A DNA stretch of 32,000 nt from Psychrobacter sp. DM4 (lineage in GTDB: Bacteria > Pseudomonadota > Gammaproteobacteria > Pseudomonadales > Moraxellaceae). Position numbers and translations under genes: made by a program. The notes under the pieces are model-generated. The model had not been told where the DNA came from, ran no database searches, and saw only the letters and a list, made by a program, of their open reading frames with translations. Every line of letters begins with the position of its first letter. Within the stretch, counting starts at the first letter, position 1. Location of the stretch: NCBI RefSeq assembly GCF_051307035.1, contig NZ_CP195536.1, positions 1,770,001 to 1,802,000 of the forward strand. Reading direction: 5' to 3'. Shown here in pieces: positions 9,063 to 15,009 of the stretch.

Positions 9063-9134
9063 ATTACCATTCAGTAACTTCAAACCGCCATCTATCACCT
9101 TTTTGATGACTTAATTTTTGCTATTTGTAATGAT
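9063..9134 (+). promoter_or_regulatory. Putative B1-C1 promoter with two 21-bp-phased repeat boxes
   Basis: ATTACCATTCA (9063-9073) matches ACTACCATTCA at 10/11, and ACCGCCATCTA (9084-9094) matches at 7/11. A -35-like ATGACT lies at 9106-9111. TTTGTAATGAT lies at 9124-9134 (TG-n-AATGAT, extended -10-like). By hand, the 31 nt from the -35 element to the -10 element align at 21/31 with 12226-12256. Confidence 0.5.
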
Positions 9135-9276
9135 GCAGGCATCAGAAATACCTCAGTATTTTCACAGACTTATCTCTAGATATTCGTTATTGAATCATAC
9201 TTCTAGTACGTCCCAAGCTATCCAGAATAGCGATATGCATGTGTCTGATCGACAACCCCTTACAAAGGATTTTATT

Positions 9277-9741
9277 ATGCAATATTTTAATCTTTTACGT
9301 ACCACTATATTTGTGGCAGTAGCTTTCACCGTATCGCTAGGCGCTGCTCATGCCGATGACGCTTTGAAGATGAATTTGAGCGCGAATAAAGTCATCAAAA
9401 ATGCTGAGGGCGGTATCTCTTATCTACCCGTGAGCACAGCACCAGCGGGCACTGTTATTCAGTATAAAGCGAACTATACCAATACCATAAGTAAAGACAT
9501 CAATAACGTTATGGTCACGCTACCTATCCCTGCCAACATGACGTTTACAGGTGATGCCTTGCCTGCTAGTGCTCAAGCAAGTATCGATGGCAAGAATTAC
9601 GCAGACATGCCTTTGATGCGCAAAGTCGATGGCAAGCTAGTCAAGATCCCATTATCTGAATACCGTACGCTACGCTGGAATATCAAATTACTACCTGCTA
9701 ACAAGTCTGCTGCTGTGGCGTTAAATACCAAAGTTAGCTGA
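9277..9741 (+). CDS. Small secreted single-domain DUF11-like protein B1 (154 aa)
   Basis: The ORF track gives 9118-9741. I place the start at ATG 9277 because AAAGGA lies 7 nt upstream and a clean signal peptide follows (MQYFNLLRTTIFVAVAFTVSLGAAHA|DDALKM). A single Ig-like domain is present (GTVIQYKANYTNT...VTLPIPANM). About 80% identical to B2 over the mature protein (103/128, hand count). Confidence 0.85.
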   Translation: MQYFNLLRTTIFVAVAFTVSLGAAHADDALKMNLSANKVIKNAEGGISYLPVSTAPAGTVIQYKANYTNTISKDINNVMVTLPIPANMTFTGDALPASAQASIDGKNYADMPLMRKVDGKLVKIPLSEYRTLRWNIKLLPANKSAAVALNTKVS

Positions 9742-9810
9742 TAAAAGCTCTACTATCATTTTCAACTTATATCACTAACTATTTATTTATTTATCGTCTT
9801 GGAGCATTTT

Positions 9811-11856
9811 ATGAAAGCAGCAACCTTTAAACATAGCTTGATCGCTGTTGGCGTTACTGCAGCATTAGGTATCTCTACTAGTGCCTTAGCTACTAACACT
9901 ACTAGCGGTACGACCACCACTAACGTAGATATTAAAAACATTGCAACAGCAAACTATGACATCGCTGGTGTCAAACAGACAGAGGTGAAGTCTAACGAAG
10001 TTATCGTTCGAGTATCAGAGAAATTATCGTTCTCTTTGGTTGCAAATAACGAAGATGGTAATCCTGGTGATACTATCAATGAAAAACTAGAAGTTGCTCC
10101 TAACGGTTTTGCGGTATTTAACCACACGTTGACCAACACTGGTAACCGTAATGACAACTATACGCTCAATCTTGCCAATGTTACTGGTGATGATGCAGAT
10201 TACGATTTGACCGCATCTACGGTTACCTACTCTTTATACAATGCAGGACAGACTCCTGGTACCGATACGCCTGTATCTACGCAATCTAATGTCCCTGTGA
10301 GTACGCTCAATGGAACTAGTTTCGCATTAGAGGCAGGTCAGTTTGTCAAGTTCACTATTAATGCCAAGACTAAAGATAACAAAGGCGGCAATAGACAAAA
10401 TTTGAGATTAACAGCAACTAGCTCTTTATTGCCAACTGCCAGCAAAACATTGACTAACACTGACAAATCAGTGACAACACTACCAACATTTAGTATTGTT
10501 AAAACAGTTTTGAACTCGTTAGATCTGAATAATGCTAACGATACTGCTACCTATCAGATAGTAATCAAGAACCCAACGACTGACTATTCTGCTAATGCAA
10601 CTGATATTACTATTACAGATAACTTGCCAGCGGGTCTGCTTATAGCATCAGCACTAACGACGAATAGCATTGTTGTTAGTGGTAGTGCGACTAAAGGTGC
10701 GCTCTCTCAAACTGATAAAGGTTTTGAGTTAAAAGGAGCAAACCTTCCTGTGGGTGATAGTATCACTATTAACTTTACGGTCAAAAAAGACCCTAATGCT
10801 GCCCTAGCAAACAATGCCTTGAACCATGTTAAAGTCACTGATGATTTGGACAATAACCCAGCTACTGATAACACTTTGATCGATAGCACTGACAGTACGG
10901 TTGAAAACGTCAACCAATTCTATCCTGTCAATGATACCGACTTTACCAACGGTACCAATGCAGATGGTACTAACGGCAATGACTCCACTCAGCCACTAGC
11001 GACTATTAAACGTGAGCTGAAATTGACCAATCCTACTATAAAAGAGATCGCTCCGACTTCAGGTACAGCAGGTCAGGTTTTACATCAAACTCTTATTACT
11101 AACAGTGGTCAAAACACTGAAGGCAATGTGACAGGCGGCTTAACCTTTACTATTACAGATAACGACAATGGTACGCCAGATGCGGTAAACGTCGTACCTG
11201 GTTCTGTAACCCTGACCTATGATCCAGATGGTCCTGGTTCTGCGCCAGCGCAAACCGCAGTCGGCATTACCCCTAATAACAGTGGCGTATATGATATCAA
11301 GACCGCCCTGCCTAATGGTATAGCGCCTACCGGTACGGTTAATATCAGTTATAAGGTCTCATCAGAAAATGCTGAAATTGGTATCTCTGAAGATACTGTA
11401 GTGAGACTGACTGCTAGTGGTAAAGGCGCGCCTACAGTTGCTCCAGTAACTGATAGAACAGATGTTAAAGGTATTACTCTCGTCAAGAGCCAAGCTTTAG
11501 ACGCTGCGTGTGACGGTACTGCTGATACTGCCTTTAGTAGCTCTGCTGATCCACTTGCGGCAACGCCCGGTCAATGCGTAATCTATCAAATCGCGGCCAA
11601 GAACACCTCTACTACTGAGCGTGGATTCAATATACAGAATCTAGTCATCTCAGATGCGACAGCCAACTTCGTTGCGACTGCTGATTACAGAGGAAACACT
11701 TTTGCCTCTACAACTAGCACAGGTTCTGGTACAACCGTCACATCTGCTGCAGCGCGTAACGCTGACGAAACAGCTATTAGTACTACTATTAACCCACTAG
11801 TACCGCAGGGAACAGCGACAATGAAGTTTTCAGTGAAGATTAAAACGAATCGTTAG
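9811..11856 (+). CDS. Secreted multi-DUF11-repeat protein C1 (putative fibre shaft subunit)
   Basis: The ORF track gives 9799-11856. I place the start at ATG 9811 with GGAG 6 nt upstream. Signal peptide ends ...GISTSALA|TNTT. Canonical DUF11/TIGR01451-type motif is present (TATYQIVIKNPT...ATDITITDNLPAGLLIAS). There is an N-terminal NIATANY...SNEVIVRV hairpin and a C-terminal Cys-pair domain (ITLVKSQALDAAC...GQCVIYQIAAKN). Confidence 0.85.
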   Translation: MKAATFKHSLIAVGVTAALGISTSALATNTTSGTTTTNVDIKNIATANYDIAGVKQTEVKSNEVIVRVSEKLSFSLVANNEDGNPGDTINEKLEVAPNGFAVFNHTLTNTGNRNDNYTLNLANVTGDDADYDLTASTVTYSLYNAGQTPGTDTPVSTQSNVPVSTLNGTSFALEAGQFVKFTINAKTKDNKGGNRQNLRLTATSSLLPTASKTLTNTDKSVTTLPTFSIVKTVLNSLDLNNANDTATYQIVIKNPTTDYSANATDITITDNLPAGLLIASALTTNSIVVSGSATKGALSQTDKGFELKGANLPVGDSITINFTVKKDPNAALANNALNHVKVTDDLDNNPATDNTLIDSTDSTVENVNQFYPVNDTDFTNGTNADGTNGNDSTQPLATIKRELKLTNPTIKEIAPTSGTAGQVLHQTLITNSGQNTEGNVTGGLTFTITDNDNGTPDAVNVVPGSVTLTYDPDGPGSAPAQTAVGITPNNSGVYDIKTALPNGIAPTGTVNISYKVSSENAEIGISEDTVVRLTASGKGAPTVAPVTDRTDVKGITLVKSQALDAACDGTADTAFSSSADPLAATPGQCVIYQIAAKNTSTTERGFNIQNLVISDATANFVATADYRGNTFASTTSTGSGTTVTSAAARNADETAISTTINPLVPQGTATMKFSVKIKTNR

Positions 11857-11888
11857 AGAAATATCGTAGTAAGTATCAGTATCTAGCG

Positions 11889-11925
11889 CTCATAGGAACA
11901 TAAACGTGCCTATGAGTGTTTTTTT
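11889..11925 (+). terminator. Rho-independent terminator after C1
   Basis: CTCATAGG (11889-11896) pairs with CCTATGAG (11909-11916) and is followed by TGTTTTTTT. Confidence 0.75.
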
Positions 11926-12184
11926 GTGTATAATATTTGCAAGTTGATGTGTCAGCAAAAGCAGCTACGGATCGAAGATCCTAATTCTAACGCTAGTAAA
12001 TCGTCTTATTATTCAACATTATAGAAATATTAAGTCTTTAAGCGAATATGCGTAAGTAAAGTTATTTCTTATTTTCAGAGCATTTACCCTCATTACTTGT
12101 ATACGATAACTTGATTACATGTTTCACATAAATGATTGTTATTGTTAGTTTTTTACCAAAAAAATGCATGATAATCATATTCTT

Positions 12185-12256
12185 ACTACCATTCAACTAC
12201 TACTAACTACCATTCATCTTTTATGTAGTGACGGTATGTTACCTATTTGTGATAAT
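12185..12256 (+). promoter_or_regulatory. Putative B2-C2 promoter with two exact 21-bp-phased repeat boxes
   Basis: An exact 11-mer, ACTACCATTCA, occurs at 12185-12195 and 12206-12216. A -35-like GTGACG lies at 12228-12233. After a 17-bp spacer comes the extended -10 element TGTGATAAT (TG 12248-12249, GATAAT 12251-12256). Confidence 0.55.
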
Positions 12257-12373
12257 ACAACCATAAGAGTTGTATCTATCCTCAATTGTCCACATTTACT
12301 TATTGCCATTCGGTATGGCACAGATGTTGCACCAATGACCACGACTAGCAATGAATTGAACAAGGACAAAGAT

Positions 12374-12838
12374 ATGAACCTCTCTAACTTATTACGTACT
12401 ACCTTACTGGCAACTTTAGCAAGCCTTACTTTATCAGGTATTGCTCACGCTGATGACGCTCTAAAAATGGAGCTAACAGCAAATAAAGTCACTAAGGCTG
12501 TAGATGGCAAAGTAAGTTACGCACCTGTTAGTACCGCGCCAGCAGGTACCGTGATTCAGTACAAAGCGAACTATACCAATACAATTAATAAAGACATTAA
12601 CGATCTAGCCGTTATCTTACCTATCCCAACTAATATGGCATTCAACGGTGAAGCTAGTCCTGCTAGCGCACAGGCAAGCATCGATGGCAAGAACTACGCC
12701 GATATGCCACTGATGCGCAAGGTGGATGGCAAGATGATTAAGATTCCATATTCTGAATATCGTACATTACGTTGGAATATCAAATTACTACCCGCTAAGA
12801 AGTCTGCCGCTGTGGCACTGAACACCATTGTCGAATAG
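12374..12838 (+). CDS. Small secreted single-domain DUF11-like protein B2 (154 aa)
   Basis: The ORF track gives 12164-12838. I place the start at ATG 12374 with AAGGA 7 nt upstream. Signal peptide is MNLSNLLRTTLLATLASLTLSGIAHA|DDALKM. Same length as B1 and ~80% identical to it. Confidence 0.85.
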   Translation: MNLSNLLRTTLLATLASLTLSGIAHADDALKMELTANKVTKAVDGKVSYAPVSTAPAGTVIQYKANYTNTINKDINDLAVILPIPTNMAFNGEASPASAQASIDGKNYADMPLMRKVDGKMIKIPYSEYRTLRWNIKLLPAKKSAAVALNTIVE

Positions 12839-12882
12839 TTCGTTTTTGGACTACTCATTTATACCCTTAGGAGAATTACCGT

Positions 12883-14904
12883 ATGAAACCTAACTTATTT
12901 AAATACTCAGTACTGACCGTCGGTATTGTCACTGCTATGGGTATTACTAGCACTGCTAATGCTGACGATGTCACTTATAGTGAAGACAATGCCTTTGTTG
13001 TAAAGAACATCGCCACTGCGACCTACAATGTCACAGGTAATGATACTCAGCAAACTGCTGAATCGAATGAGGTGACTATTACTGTCAATGAGACAGGTGC
13101 GTTCAGCTTGATTGCCACCGTTGCTGATGGTAGCCCTGGTGACGATGAAAACGAAGATATCGATGTCAACCCAGTATCAGGTGCTCCTGTCGAGTTTACT
13201 CATACCTTAACGAACGATGGTAACATCACAGATACCTATACTATAGATATCTCAAATGAAAATGGCGATGACTTTGATTATGATATTGCCAACAGCACGA
13301 TTACATATCAGATCCGTGATATCGACGGTAACCCCGTTGGCGCTGTTGAGCCTGTCCTTAATGGCGGTACTATAGAGCTTGATCCAGGTCAGTCTGCTGA
13401 TATCGTTATCAGCGCGGTTACAGATCCTAATGATGATCGCGTGATTGGTGATAATGGTATATTAACGGTCACCTCGACCAGTAAATATCTAACTGATCTT
13501 GGCCAGCCTGCAGTCGCTACTAACACGGATAATGCTGTTACCGTAACGCCTATCTATGCGATTACGAAGTCAGCGCAAAGCAACCTTGGCACTCAGATTA
13601 TCGATTTAAATAACGCCAATGCCTACGTTGACTACACGATTACCGTGTTGAACGAAGGTACCGCTGACGGTACTGATGTTACTATTACAGATGATCTGCC
13701 TGCTGGCCTAATTGCCATACAAAACGGCGAAGCCAATTATGTGGCACCTACTACTACTGGTACAGGCACTCCTGCTGTCTCAAGCGATGGTAGAACGGTT
13801 ACTTTAATTGGTCAAAATATCGATCAAAACGATACAATCACGATTACCTTCCGCGCCAGACCTGCTGACAATGCAACAGTCGGTAGTGACTTTGTCAACT
13901 TTGCGGTAGTGACTGATGATTTAGACGACGATGGTGACATTGATCTAACGGATAGTTCAGGTGACGCTGCTGATAACAATACAACAGAAGATAACTTTGA
14001 AGATCCAACCAACCCTGATATCGGTGAAGATAATAACGATAATGCGACTGTTACACCAAGGAATCAGACGCGTTCTTTGACCATTACTGATGATGAAAAT
14101 AAAGAAGTCGCTCTACAAAGCACTGATAATGTGTACACTTATACCATTACCAATGCTGGTACAGATGTCACTGAAGCAGACGCTGAAGATGAAGTCTTCT
14201 TCACAGTGACACCAACTATCGACATCAACGAGATCGATACGGTTACTGTATTTGTAGATGCTAATGGTGATGGCGTATTCGATGCTGGTGAGACCGTATT
14301 GACTCCTAATGCTAGTGGTCAGTATGACTTAAACGATGCGGTTAACGCAGGCCTTGCTCCTAGTGAATCCGTGACTATCGGTGTCGTTGTCAATACCAAT
14401 GGTTCAGGCAGTAACAACGGTCAAGATAGCGATATTGGTAAGTTTGAGGAAATCGTTATCACAGTTCTACCACAAACAGTAGTAGACGGTACACCTGCTC
14501 CTGTCGATGTTAGCGCTGAGTCAACGACAACGATGGAAGGTATTGATCTATTCAAATTCCAAGCCGCTGCTGCTTGTGACACCAATCCGACCTCTATTAC
14601 GAACTGGGTAACGACTAATGTGGTGGCTACTGCTGATCAGTGTGCATTCTACAAATTAGAAGCTACTAATACTTTCTCTAATACAGCAATTAATAGTATT
14701 GTTCTATCGGATACTCTAGTTGATACGCTGACTTATCAAAATGGTAGCTTCTCTTCTGAGACGTCAAACAACTCAGATGACGCGACATCGACTATCTCTG
14801 GCCAGAGTGTCAGTGGTACGTTTGCTACTTTGACAGGAACAGAAACAGGTACTATCTATTTCTCTGCCAAGATCTCTCAGACGGGTACTAATAGCACACC
14901 ATAA
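12883..14904 (+). CDS. Secreted multi-DUF11-repeat protein C2 (acidic paralogue of C1; putative fibre shaft subunit)
   Basis: 673-aa ORF with an AGGAG RBS. Signal peptide ends ...GITSTANA|DDVT. DUF11 motif is present (YVDYTITVLNEGTADGTDVTITDDLPAGLIAI). There is an N-terminal NIATATY...SNEVTITV hairpin and a C-terminal Cys-pair domain (IDLFKFQAAAAC...DQCAFYKLEATN). Composition is very Asp/Glu-rich. Confidence 0.85.
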   Translation: MKPNLFKYSVLTVGIVTAMGITSTANADDVTYSEDNAFVVKNIATATYNVTGNDTQQTAESNEVTITVNETGAFSLIATVADGSPGDDENEDIDVNPVSGAPVEFTHTLTNDGNITDTYTIDISNENGDDFDYDIANSTITYQIRDIDGNPVGAVEPVLNGGTIELDPGQSADIVISAVTDPNDDRVIGDNGILTVTSTSKYLTDLGQPAVATNTDNAVTVTPIYAITKSAQSNLGTQIIDLNNANAYVDYTITVLNEGTADGTDVTITDDLPAGLIAIQNGEANYVAPTTTGTGTPAVSSDGRTVTLIGQNIDQNDTITITFRARPADNATVGSDFVNFAVVTDDLDDDGDIDLTDSSGDAADNNTTEDNFEDPTNPDIGEDNNDNATVTPRNQTRSLTITDDENKEVALQSTDNVYTYTITNAGTDVTEADAEDEVFFTVTPTIDINEIDTVTVFVDANGDGVFDAGETVLTPNASGQYDLNDAVNAGLAPSESVTIGVVVNTNGSGSNNGQDSDIGKFEEIVITVLPQTVVDGTPAPVDVSAESTTTMEGIDLFKFQAAAACDTNPTSITNWVTTNVVATADQCAFYKLEATNTFSNTAINSIVLSDTLVDTLTYQNGSFSSETSNNSDDATSTISGQSVSGTFATLTGTETGTIYFSAKISQTGTNSTP

Positions 14905-14923
14905 TTACTGATTTATGATCAAA

Positions 14924-14960
14924 GGAGTTTTCTTAATCAGATTAAGAAAACTCCCCTTTT
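14924..14960 (+). terminator. Strong hairpin with a weak T-tract between C2 and D (leaky terminator or attenuator)
   Basis: A perfect 14-bp stem, GGAGTTTTCTTAAT (14924-14937) with ATTAAGAAAACTCC (14941-14954), closes a 3-nt loop and is followed by CCTTTTA. Confidence 0.55.
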
Positions 14961-15009
14961 ACCCTTTATACATTAACTATGTTTTCTTTCATAAGTAGGA
15001 TTACCGAAT

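Noticed and set aside
9118-9276. The long N-terminal extensions of ORF-track ORFs 9118-9741, 12164-12838, 6763-8913, 9799-11856 and 1289-4153 as real coding sequence.
   Set aside because: The extensions lack an RBS and contain the predicted promoters and repeat boxes. They would also bury otherwise perfect signal peptides. Internal ATGs at 9277, 12374, 6859, 9811 and 4108 each have a Shine-Dalgarno sequence at proper spacing.
4544-14904. A very high density of N-x-S/T sequons in A1, A2 and C1 as evidence for N-glycosylation.
   Set aside because: The proteins are extremely Asn/Thr/Ser-rich, so sequons are expected by composition alone. No glycosyltransferase (PglB-, HMW1C- or PglL-like) is encoded in the window.
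4544-14904. Periodic sequence similarity across the locus as a CRISPR array or DNA tandem repeat.
   Set aside because: The similarity is at the protein-domain level (paralogous Ig-like domains within long ORFs). There are no short identical DNA repeats with unique spacers.
14959-15008. Box-like strings TTACCCTTTA (14959-14968) and ATTACCGAAT (14999-15008) upstream of D as further copies of the ACTACCATTCA box.
   Set aside because: The spacing to any -10-like element is inconsistent with the other three promoters, and the second string overlaps the RBS region. These are probably chance matches.
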